Source of the DNA: an uncultured Gammaproteobacteria bacterium
Lineage (GTDB): Bacteria > Pseudomonadota > Gammaproteobacteria > DRJJ01
NCBI GenBank assembly: GCA_947258795.1
Contig: CAMYJU010000007.1
Coordinates: forward strand, 129,392-193,391
Length of the DNA stretch: 64,000 bases
Reading direction: 5' to 3'
Under the pieces are notes generated by a model that was not told where the DNA came from, made no database searches, and saw only the letters and a list, made by a program, of their open reading frames with translations. Position numbers and translations under genes: made by a program. This document shows positions 40,302 through 49,176 of this stretch, piece after piece; the stretch's first letter is position 1, and the number at the start of each line of letters is the position of its first letter.

Positions 40302-41369
40302 ATGCACGGAATTGAAAATGACAGCATGATCTTCATTATCCTGACAGTGCTGCTGTTCATGTTCCTGGGTATTGCCATCCTGGTCGTGATCGACCACAAG
40401 GCCAAGATCCCGGATCATTTTCACAGTGATCCGTTCTCGATCAAGGGCCTGCGCCGCGATCATCCGGGTATTTCATTCCTGACTACCATGATACTGTTTG
40501 CGATCATTGCCAGCCTGATCTTTGAGCTGACCATTACATTGGGGGAGCACTTTGGGATGTTTGCTGAAAAGGAACAACCCAAGTTGCTACAGGAACTCAA
40601 GGAGCAGCGCTTCAGCGAAAAGAACAGGCATTTTCATAACGAGCCTGAGGAAGATCTGGTAAACCTGGGCAAGAAACCGGTCTGTTTCTCCTGTCATGGC
40701 GATTATCCGCATTCCAAGGAGCGTATGATCAGGACCCTGCTTAACATGCACACCCAGTTTGTCGGTTGTATGACCTGCCATAATGACCCACGCAAGTTTG
40801 AAGAGGAGTCACTCAGTTTCGCCTGGCTGAATTACTCGGGGATAGAAGTAACCGGCAAGCCCTATGGTACCGGTATTGACCCGAAAACCGGCTATCTGCA
40901 GGAAACAGACGATTATTATTCCAAGATTGTTGCCTATAACAAGACCGGTAACGGAAATGTCTTGCTGGAAATCACCGAGGATGACGAGAAGGCACAGGAA
41001 TACCTGGAGATCAAGGACAAGCTGTCTGACAAGGATCGCGAGGCCGTGAAAAAGCAGTTTCACAGGACCGTCAGTCCCAAGGGGCGGTTCTGCTCGCGTT
41101 GTCACACCGCCGAGAATGATAGCTATCTGCCATTTCGTAAACTGGGATTCTCGGAAGACCGTATCTCGGATGTGACCAATCTGAATATTATCGGTATCGT
41201 GCAGAAATACAGAAAATTCTATTTGCCCAACCTGTTTCAGCAGGACATCTCTCTGCCCAAGGTGGAGTCCCTGATTGGCTCTGAAAAGTCCGACAAGGTC
41301 AAGGAGGCGGTGGAAGATCCGAAGGCATGGTGGCGGCGTACGTTTGATTCACCCAGCGGGAACGAATAA
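40302..41369 (+). CDS. N-terminally membrane-anchored triheme c-type cytochrome. Module A; paralog of 47384-48277.
   Basis: TM anchor MIFIILTVLLFMFLGIAILVVI. CFSCH, CMTCH, CSRCH. Collinear with the 47384 protein. Confidence 0.75.
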   Translation: MHGIENDSMIFIILTVLLFMFLGIAILVVIDHKAKIPDHFHSDPFSIKGLRRDHPGISFLTTMILFAIIASLIFELTITLGEHFGMFAEKEQPKLLQELKEQRFSEKNRHFHNEPEEDLVNLGKKPVCFSCHGDYPHSKERMIRTLLNMHTQFVGCMTCHNDPRKFEEESLSFAWLNYSGIEVTGKPYGTGIDPKTGYLQETDDYYSKIVAYNKTGNGNVLLEITEDDEKAQEYLEIKDKLSDKDREAVKKQFHRTVSPKGRFCSRCHTAENDSYLPFRKLGFSEDRISDVTNLNIIGIVQKYRKFYLPNLFQQDISLPKVESLIGSEKSDKVKEAVEDPKAWWRRTFDSPSGNE

Positions 41370-42301
41370 TGTGCTTGCGACTGCGCACCCTGTGTTCAGC
41401 ATCGCTGATTGTGCTGTCCTGTCTTTATGTGCCGCTAGTCGAGGCAGCGGCACAGGCCAGCCGGACAATCACGTATCTGCATGAAATAACCCGTAGCCAG
41501 GTGGGTGAGCTGGAACTGCCTACAGATGTCGCGGTGCATGAATCACGTCTTTACATAGTCGATAGCGGTAATAATCGCGTGGTCGTGCTGGGCCGTAATG
41601 GTGAAACGCAGTTCGCTTTTGGCAGTAAGGGAACGGCGAACGGTGAATTCAATGGTCCTGTCGGCATAGGTGTCGGTCATGATGGCAGGATATACGTCGC
41701 AGACACCGGAAATCATCGTATCCAGATATTTTCGGCAACGGGTAAGTTTCAGACTGCTATTGCCACTACCACCGGCGAGGTAAGGGTGCGGCCTATCGAT
41801 GTCGCGGTCGAACCAAAATCCGGACATATTTTTATTACCGGCAATAATAATCACCGGGTTATGGTGTATAACCATAGCGGACGCCTGTTGCGCGAATGGG
41901 GCGGGAATGGGGCTGCAATCGGAAAGTTTCGTTACCCGGCCACCATTACTGTGATGCCCGATGCCAATATAGGTGTTATTGATGTATTTAATACACGTGC
42001 ACAACTGTTTCAGCCTGATGGTCGTTTTGTTGTCAAAATAGGTGAATGGGGGGTCCTGCCCGGTCAGCTCTTTCGTCCCAAAGGGATTGCGATAGACCGG
42101 AAAGGTCATATCTATATATCGGACAGCTACCTGAACGTGATACAGGTATTCAATGACAGTGGCAAATTTCTGCATGTACTCACACAGAAGGATACTGCCC
42201 ACACCATGATGACACCTACAGGGATAGCGGTCGCGGCAGACAATCGCCTGTATGTAGCAGAGATGCTCAGGCACCGGGTTGCCGTTTACCAGATGGATTG
42301 A
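41369..42301 (+). CDS. Secreted NHL-repeat beta-propeller protein
   Basis: Signal peptide. Repeated LYIVDSGNNRVVVL, IYVADTGNHRIQIF and IYISDSYLNVIQVF NHL blades. TAATG overlap with the upstream gene. Confidence 0.75.
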   Translation: MCLRLRTLCSASLIVLSCLYVPLVEAAAQASRTITYLHEITRSQVGELELPTDVAVHESRLYIVDSGNNRVVVLGRNGETQFAFGSKGTANGEFNGPVGIGVGHDGRIYVADTGNHRIQIFSATGKFQTAIATTTGEVRVRPIDVAVEPKSGHIFITGNNNHRVMVYNHSGRLLREWGGNGAAIGKFRYPATITVMPDANIGVIDVFNTRAQLFQPDGRFVVKIGEWGVLPGQLFRPKGIAIDRKGHIYISDSYLNVIQVFNDSGKFLHVLTQKDTAHTMMTPTGIAVAADNRLYVAEMLRHRVAVYQMD

Positions 42302-42307
42302 TGGTCC

Positions 42308-44665
42308 ATGTCAGCACGCAGTCAGACACATAACTGGAAAAAGGAACTGTTTATTGGCTTTATCCTTTTTGCAGGCTTATGCAGCTGGCTGTTTCCGGAG
42401 GACGCCTCGGCCTTACGGCGCAAGACCTCAACCAATCGTGAGTGTGCAATTTGCCATATCATGTGGCTGGAAGAGTTCAAGCGCCAGGATGTCAAACCTC
42501 TGGTCCCCTATGATCCGCTACCCAGGGAAAAAACCGGTAAGCAGGATGTGGCCAGTACCGAACAGATGTGTTTTTCATGTCATGACGGATTTGTACTGGA
42601 CTCGCGATTCAAGTGGAAAAAAAACCGCTATAACCACCCGGTCGGGGTAAAACCCTCGGATGATGTGACCATACCGACCGCCGAAGGCAAGACTGTCTTC
42701 CCTATGAATGAAGATGGCAAGATATATTGCGGTACCTGTCATTCCGCGCATGGTATTGACTGGAAGGAAAAGGATACGACACTGTTTCTGCGCATCGATA
42801 ACAGAAACTCCAACATGTGTACGGCATGTCACCTGAACCGCGTTACGGGTCCCAAGGAGGGCAATCACCCGGTCAACAAGAAACTGAAAAAATTGCCGGC
42901 CGCGCTGGTCAAGGCGGGTTCACTGTTCAGTAACAAGAATGAGGTTATCTGCCAGTCCTGTCACCTTGCGCACGGCTCAGAACAGAAGAAAATGCTGGCC
43001 AGGCCGAACCATAATTCCGATCTGTGTTCCAGTTGCCACGTTCAGCAGGCACGTGTCAGGCAAACCAAGCATAATCTGACCATCCTGGCGCCATCGGCCA
43101 AAAACGAGAGAGGGGATGTCGCCAGCGAGTCTGGTCCCTGTAGCGCCTGCCATGTCCCGCACAAGGCCAACGCACCGAAACTGTGGGCGCGTCCGGTCTC
43201 AGTCAATCAGGACAGGGGTAGTGCCTATTGCCTGAGCTGTCACAAGGAAAAGGGTGTCGCACGCAAGAAATCGATCAACAAACACAGTCACCCGGTCGAT
43301 GTGCCACTCAGAAGGGCCGGGATTATTGCCAAAAGAGACGGCTGGATCAGCCAGGTAAAAAACAGGGCTGCACCCAAAAAGATAGTCAAACTGCCGCTGT
43401 TTGATAAAGCGGGTGGAAGGGTCAGTGTGGGAGGTAATGTTACCTGTATGACCTGTCATGATCCCCATCTATGGTCGCCTGATCATGGCCAAACGCCTGC
43501 CCGCGATTTGCGCAAGCTGGAAGGTGATGGTTCGAACAGTTTCTTGCGCATTGCCAATAACAGTGACAGCACCTTGTGCAAGAATTGTCATCGGGAGCAG
43601 GCGGCAGTGGCCTGGTCCAAGCATAACCTGCAGATCAGTGCGCCGGATCAGAAGAACAAAGACGGTATGACGGTTTCAGAAAGTGGAGTCTGCAGTGCCT
43701 GCCATGTGCCACATAACGGCAAGGGCGAGAATATGTGGGCACGCAAGATTGGTAAAAAGGGCAAGGGTGTGATGACGCTTTGTATTGGATGCCATGCCAA
43801 GGATAGCATGGCCGAAAACAGAACGACCGGCAAGCATAGTCACCCGGTGCATGTCAGCCTGAAAAAGTCCGGATTGACGACTGACCTGCCGTTGTTTACG
43901 AAGCATGCCCGGCGTGACGACAAGTATGGCAGGGTGGACTGTGCAAGCTGTCATAATCCTCATCAGTGGGACCCTGGCAATGCGATCGCCAGTTCGGGCA
44001 GGGATCCGGATACGGATGGTGACGCCAGCAACAGTTTCCTGCGTATCAGGGCCAGCGGCAAGGCCAGGCTGTGTGTCAATTGTCATAAGGACCAGGCAGG
44101 ACTGATCGGTACTGATCATGACTTGTCAGTGACTGCGCGCAACGGCCTGAATGCCAGGGAACAAACTGTCAGGCAGTCCGGGCCTTGCGGGCAGTGTCAT
44201 GCTGTACATCATGCAGAATTGTCACGACGACTGTGGGTGCAAAAGGCTGGTAGCAGCGGGAATAGAACGGAGAAATTATGTACTGGCTGTCATAGCAGAC
44301 AGGGCGTCGGACGTAAAAAGGTGCCGGCGGAACTCGATCATCCGCCTCGCGTCTTGTCTGTCAACAAGGGTCGCTTGAGAGAGGGCGACAGGAACAGGCA
44401 GCAGGTGCCGGTATTTACCGAGCAAGGCAAGTCAGATGATGTGGGCATGATTTCCTGCCTGACCTGCCATGATCCGCATCAATGGAACGCAAGCAGCCAG
44501 AAGGCAGGTACCGGCAAGAATCTCGAAGGCGACGTGCGCAATAGTTTCCTCCGCCATACCGGTACCGAGTACTTTCTGTGTGCAGATTGTCATGGCGAGG
44601 ACTCATTGTATCGCTACAAGTATTTCCACTGGTCCAAATCCAGGTCGGATAAGAACAAGAAATGA
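42308..44665 (+). CDS. Very large periplasmic c-type cytochrome with 18 haem-binding motifs
   Basis: 785 aa. Signal/anchor helix. I counted 18 CxxCH motifs, many in the Cx2CHxxH doubled style (CGTCHSAH, CQSCHLAH, CSACHVPH x2, CMTCHDPH, CASCHNPH, CLTCHDPH). Confidence 0.85.
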   Translation: MSARSQTHNWKKELFIGFILFAGLCSWLFPEDASALRRKTSTNRECAICHIMWLEEFKRQDVKPLVPYDPLPREKTGKQDVASTEQMCFSCHDGFVLDSRFKWKKNRYNHPVGVKPSDDVTIPTAEGKTVFPMNEDGKIYCGTCHSAHGIDWKEKDTTLFLRIDNRNSNMCTACHLNRVTGPKEGNHPVNKKLKKLPAALVKAGSLFSNKNEVICQSCHLAHGSEQKKMLARPNHNSDLCSSCHVQQARVRQTKHNLTILAPSAKNERGDVASESGPCSACHVPHKANAPKLWARPVSVNQDRGSAYCLSCHKEKGVARKKSINKHSHPVDVPLRRAGIIAKRDGWISQVKNRAAPKKIVKLPLFDKAGGRVSVGGNVTCMTCHDPHLWSPDHGQTPARDLRKLEGDGSNSFLRIANNSDSTLCKNCHREQAAVAWSKHNLQISAPDQKNKDGMTVSESGVCSACHVPHNGKGENMWARKIGKKGKGVMTLCIGCHAKDSMAENRTTGKHSHPVHVSLKKSGLTTDLPLFTKHARRDDKYGRVDCASCHNPHQWDPGNAIASSGRDPDTDGDASNSFLRIRASGKARLCVNCHKDQAGLIGTDHDLSVTARNGLNAREQTVRQSGPCGQCHAVHHAELSRRLWVQKAGSSGNRTEKLCTGCHSRQGVGRKKVPAELDHPPRVLSVNKGRLREGDRNRQQVPVFTEQGKSDDVGMISCLTCHDPHQWNASSQKAGTGKNLEGDVRNSFLRHTGTEYFLCADCHGEDSLYRYKYFHWSKSRSDKNKK

Positions 44666-45463
44666 TGTCGCACATCCTGAATACACGGGTAGCAGCGGGC
44701 TGGTGGTATGGAGGACGTTAATCGGGTTGCCTGGGGTGTGGTTTTTATGCTCGGAGCTGCGGTATTTGCGTGGCTGGAGTGGCGTGATGATGACTGGTCG
44801 GCCATGGGCTGGTTTATTCTGACCAGTTTGTGGTCGGCTGTATGTGGTATCGGTTATACTGTCGCGCATTGGTTTCTGGAAAGAAAAGACCGGCCTAAGA
44901 CTGATTGAATCTGTACAGATGAAGATAGTTATTCAGTGTTGAAAAGGAAGCGGGTTGTTCTATATTTAAAACAGATTTAAATGGAATTAGTGTTCAGGGA
45001 ATACAATCAGTTTGCTGCCAGATAAGAGATCACAAGCAACTCCAGAGGAGAGTTGGGATGAGCAAACAAGACAATCAACTAAAAAAATCCTGTGTGTGGT
45101 GTATCAGTGCTGCGATAGCACTGATTCCGATAGCGATAATCGTCTGGTATTTGTTTTTTCGCTAACAGACCGGTGTAAACGTAAACGAACGTTACGGGTG
45201 TTTATGGATCGATCTGGCTTGATCTGAATCAAGAATATGATCGTATTGATCCTATATAATCTTTTTATAGTCTAGTTAAGTATATAATCAGATACTGAGT
45301 AGATTGTAACAATAATAAGGGATCATGGAATTGTTGGTTGCGTTGAAACAAGCCCCTGTTAACAGTGATGCCCATCCAGCGGCATCATGGGCTCGTTTTA
45401 CGTCCTGTTACCCTTTCAGCTTCCCGTACGATTATTCATCTTGCCTGCGAGGGCTCGTGTGCC

Positions 45464-46561
45464 ATGCATGAATACAGATTCCACCAGGTGCTCCTGATAT
45501 TAATCGTGTTATTTGTTGCTACTATACCGCCCGGGGAAGTCCAGGCAGGTGAGGAGCTCAATTGCCTGATCTGTCACAAGCACAGGGGGTTGAGCCGGAT
45601 TGATGAAAACGGCAAGTTCAGACTGTTTTATATCAATAACGAATTGTTCGAGTCCGGTCCGCACCGTCGTAACAATTGCCAGGACTGTCACACAGATATT
45701 GTTCGCATCCCGCATGACCCGGCAAAAAAAGTGGATTGCACCCAGCAATGCCATGTTGTCGAGCCTTCCGGCAAGGCAAGGTTTTCACACAAGCCAATAG
45801 CCGAAACGCTTGCAATGAGTGTACATGGCAAGCTTGATGCAGAGGGCAAGCCAAAAAAATACCAGGAGGACTATCCCGGTTGCAAAGACTGTCATGATCA
45901 ACCATTGTATCGTCCGCTATCGGTTTTCAAGGGGGAGCCCAGGTCCGGTATTTCCGAACGGAGTATCAGCCGCTGCAAAAGCTGTCACCGTACCGGTAAC
46001 TTTGCCGAGGATTTCTATGAGCATGTTACCTCACGTCTGCGCAAGGGCCGTTTCCCGCTGGAAACCATAGAGGTGTGTGCCAAGTGTCACCAGAACCCGG
46101 GCTTCCTGGAGCGACATGAGCTCGATGATGCGGTAACGACCTACGAGGAGACCTTCCACGGTAAACTGATCAAACTGGGTTCTGAGCGCACACCGGACTG
46201 CCTGGACTGTCATGTGGTCGAAGGTGAAAATACGCATCTGATCGAGGCGAAAACAGTGCCCACATCAGCCACCAACAAGGCCAATGTTGGCAATACCTGC
46301 AGGGCCTCTGATTGTCACAAGAAGGCCAGTGCACAATTGGCCAGTTTCCAGACTCATGTGACCTATGAACGGGAAAAATACCCGATGCAGTTCTACATGC
46401 TGATGTTCTTCAAGGCATTGATGGCGGTTATCCTGTATTTCTTCCTGACCATGATCTTCTTCGAGCTAATGCGGCGTCTGTTCCCGGCATTTGCATTCTT
46501 TAAAGAGAGCAAGGCTGATGACACGGATACCAGGCCGGCATTAAAAGATAGGGAACAATAG
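45464..46561 (+). CDS. Multiheme c-type cytochrome (about 8 haems) with a C-terminal TM anchor. Module B.
   Basis: Start MHEYRFHQVLLILIVLFVA. CLICH, CQDCH, CTQQCH (Cx3CH), CKDCH, CKSCH, CAKCH, CLDCH, CRASDCH (Cx4CH). C-terminal TM MLMFFKALMAVILYFFLTMIFF. Confidence 0.8.
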   Translation: MHEYRFHQVLLILIVLFVATIPPGEVQAGEELNCLICHKHRGLSRIDENGKFRLFYINNELFESGPHRRNNCQDCHTDIVRIPHDPAKKVDCTQQCHVVEPSGKARFSHKPIAETLAMSVHGKLDAEGKPKKYQEDYPGCKDCHDQPLYRPLSVFKGEPRSGISERSISRCKSCHRTGNFAEDFYEHVTSRLRKGRFPLETIEVCAKCHQNPGFLERHELDDAVTTYEETFHGKLIKLGSERTPDCLDCHVVEGENTHLIEAKTVPTSATNKANVGNTCRASDCHKKASAQLASFQTHVTYEREKYPMQFYMLMFFKALMAVILYFFLTMIFFELMRRLFPAFAFFKESKADDTDTRPALKDREQ

Positions 46562-46574
46562 CGAGGGTAGGAGC

Positions 46575-47390
46575 ATGTCAAAATATGATCCGATTGTATA
46601 TAAAGACGGCAAGCGCTATTTCTACCGATTTTCGGCCCATCAACGTATTCAGCACGTGGTCCTGTTCAGCTCTGTGCTGTTGCTGGCATTGACAGGCTTT
46701 CCATTGCGTCATGCTGATGAGGCCTGGGCAAAACCGCTGTATGCCGCCCTGGGTGGACCCGAGGTTGCACCAACGATACACAGGGTTGCAGGTTCGGTAC
46801 TGCTGGTACTGTTTGTCTACCATACGATTTACTGGATAGTGAAATTTATCAAGAATGACCTGGGCAAGTTGAAAAAGGAAAACCGCCTGACCCTGGGTAC
46901 TGGTATCAAGGCCTTTTTTACCCAGGAAATGGTGCCCAACAAGAAGGACTGGTACGACATTATCCATCTATGGAAATACCTGCTGTATTTCACCAATCGC
47001 CCGCCCCGGCATGAACGCATGTCATGGCGTGAAAAATTCGATTATTTTGCTCCGTACTGGGGTGTACCGATCCTGGGGCCTGCCGGGGCGGTCCTGTGGT
47101 GGCGGGATGAGGTCTCGCATATACTGCCGGGCTGGGTATTGAACGCGGCGTATATCATGCATACGGACGAGGCCTTGCTGGCGATTCTGTTCCTGTTCTT
47201 TGTGCACTGGTATAACGTGCACTATGCGCCGGAGAAATTCCCGGCAGCCAAGGTCTGGCTAACGGGTTATTTGTCAGAAGATGAAATGATCCATGAGCAC
47301 TATGCCCACTATGTACAGGTCATGATCGAGGCCGGGTTGGAGGAAGAGATCCAGCAGCAACACTTCGGTGGGGAGCATTACGAATGGTAA
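46575..47390 (+). CDS. Membrane b-type cytochrome subunit. Module B.
   Basis: HQRIQHVVLFSSVLLLALTGFP...IHRVAGSVLLVLFVYHTIYWI is collinear with the 39208 protein. Confidence 0.6.
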   Translation: MSKYDPIVYKDGKRYFYRFSAHQRIQHVVLFSSVLLLALTGFPLRHADEAWAKPLYAALGGPEVAPTIHRVAGSVLLVLFVYHTIYWIVKFIKNDLGKLKKENRLTLGTGIKAFFTQEMVPNKKDWYDIIHLWKYLLYFTNRPPRHERMSWREKFDYFAPYWGVPILGPAGAVLWWRDEVSHILPGWVLNAAYIMHTDEALLAILFLFFVHWYNVHYAPEKFPAAKVWLTGYLSEDEMIHEHYAHYVQVMIEAGLEEEIQQQHFGGEHYEW

Positions 47391-48277
47391 AGCTGCTTAA
47401 AAAGATTATTTTCAAGCTCTATGTGCTGTGCCTGATGGCCTTTACTGTCTGGTACGGTTATTTCATGTATCCGCTGATATTCGGTTTTGAGGGCAAGGAA
47501 AAGGCGGCTGAATCATTGTTGGAAATGGGTGCGGCCGGCACAGAAGAGGAAAAGATGTTTGTCCGGCTGATTGCCGAACAGACCAAGACCAAAAAGACTG
47601 ACCTGGGTTACAGGGTGATCGACCAACCCTACATAGAGGGTCGCTTCCATCATATCGGCTTTACCATACAGCAGGACAATGCCAGTATCTGTGTACGCTG
47701 TCATGGCAATGTGCCGCATGATGAATCCAAGGAGGTGCGTAGCTTCCTGAACATGCATGCCTTTTATCTGGCTTGCGAGACCTGCCATTCCAGACCGGAT
47801 GAAGGGGTAAAGGAGTGGGCATTCCGCTGGTATGACAAGGATACCGGCACGATTACCAATAATCCGCAGGCACTGAAAGATATCGAGAAACTGTATCATA
47901 CCGAGCAGGAGATCAGTCAGTATCCAATCTATGGCAATTACGGTGCTAAAGTGGCGCCGACCCTGAATGACTTTGGTGAGACCCGATTGCTGCATGGTGT
48001 AAAGGAAATGATCTTTGTTGACCGCTTTGTTACCGAGCAGGCCCGCTTGCAGCCCGAGCAGAAATCGCAGATGAAAAAGGTCATTCATCGCAAGGTTACC
48101 AAGGATCCGGTGCCATGCAAGGACTGTCATCAGGAAGTGGGCCCGTATCTTCCGTTTGCAGAGCTGGGCTACCCACCATCACGTGTGCGTGAGTTGACCA
48201 ATGTCGCGGTCGTGAATATGATTCAGCGGTACAAGGAGTTTTATATTCCGAGTTTGCTTAAACCCGGTGGTGGTTAG
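47384..48277 (+). CDS. N-terminally membrane-anchored triheme c-type cytochrome. Module B.
   Basis: CVRCH, CETCH, CKDCH. ATGGTAA overlap with the upstream gene. Confidence 0.75.
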   Translation: MVKLLKKIIFKLYVLCLMAFTVWYGYFMYPLIFGFEGKEKAAESLLEMGAAGTEEEKMFVRLIAEQTKTKKTDLGYRVIDQPYIEGRFHHIGFTIQQDNASICVRCHGNVPHDESKEVRSFLNMHAFYLACETCHSRPDEGVKEWAFRWYDKDTGTITNNPQALKDIEKLYHTEQEISQYPIYGNYGAKVAPTLNDFGETRLLHGVKEMIFVDRFVTEQARLQPEQKSQMKKVIHRKVTKDPVPCKDCHQEVGPYLPFAELGYPPSRVRELTNVAVVNMIQRYKEFYIPSLLKPGGG

Positions 48278-48355
48278 CAAGACTTGCAGCAGCCCTGTGT
48301 AAGGAGCTGAGGGTCCGTCCATTGTGGCCGGGTGGGTTTAATACAGGTGATGACA

Positions 48356-49090
48356 ATGAGCAGGATATGTATGCTTGTGTTGTTATTGTTGCCCCGTCTG
48401 CTCTGGGCAGAATGGCTGCTGGAACAGTCCGGTGATGGCCACTGGATCAGCAGCAGGGCGGCGGATTTTCCCCATCAACTGGTGGTTGCCAGTCATCAGA
48501 ATGATGTCCAGTTCCTGCTGATTCTGGCGACCGATCAGCGTACACCGGCCTCGCAGCTGCCAGCTGAAATCCGGGTAGATATGGATCCGTGGTTAAGTAC
48601 ACAACTGACTCCGCTGCAACAACGTCCGTATGGTATGGCGTTTCGTATCGAATTGCGCCCTGAAGCCAGACAAAAAATGGTTCAGCGCATGATCGAGGGA
48701 CTGCAAATGCAACTCAGTCTGGGTAGTGAAAAGCAGCCAAAACAAACCCTGACGTTTTCTATTATCGGTTTTACCGATGCCTATACCGACCTGCAGATTT
48801 CGAACGAGCTTGGCCGGCTGGACCCGGACTGGCTGATCGAACAGGGCAAGGACAGGGGACTGGCCTGTTACTATAGTGCCATCCTGACCGTACAGGCCCT
48901 GAACGGGCGCAGAAGGGGTCTTTCTGCTCGTCAGATGGTCGAACAACTACCGCGAACCGGCCTTGCCAGCGTGGACGACAGGCGTGCTGACATCGTTTCC
49001 GGGGCTTATCGGATGCCCCCGGCAAGGCTTCCCCGACACCTGACCACCTTGAAGTATAAACTGTTTAAAAGTTGTATGCGGGATCAGTAA
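48356..49090 (+). CDS. Secreted hypothetical protein (paralog B of 36004-36741)
   Basis: Signal peptide MSRICMLVLLLLPRLLWA. See the paralog alignment under 36004-36741. Confidence 0.6.
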   Translation: MSRICMLVLLLLPRLLWAEWLLEQSGDGHWISSRAADFPHQLVVASHQNDVQFLLILATDQRTPASQLPAEIRVDMDPWLSTQLTPLQQRPYGMAFRIELRPEARQKMVQRMIEGLQMQLSLGSEKQPKQTLTFSIIGFTDAYTDLQISNELGRLDPDWLIEQGKDRGLACYYSAILTVQALNGRRRGLSARQMVEQLPRTGLASVDDRRADIVSGAYRMPPARLPRHLTTLKYKLFKSCMRDQ

Positions 49091-49176
49091 ATAGCGACGC
49101 GATATCGATCATCATTGGCAAGTGGACGCGTGAGTTGGGAGATGTTTTTCCCATGGTAACGGGCTGCAGGATCGGC

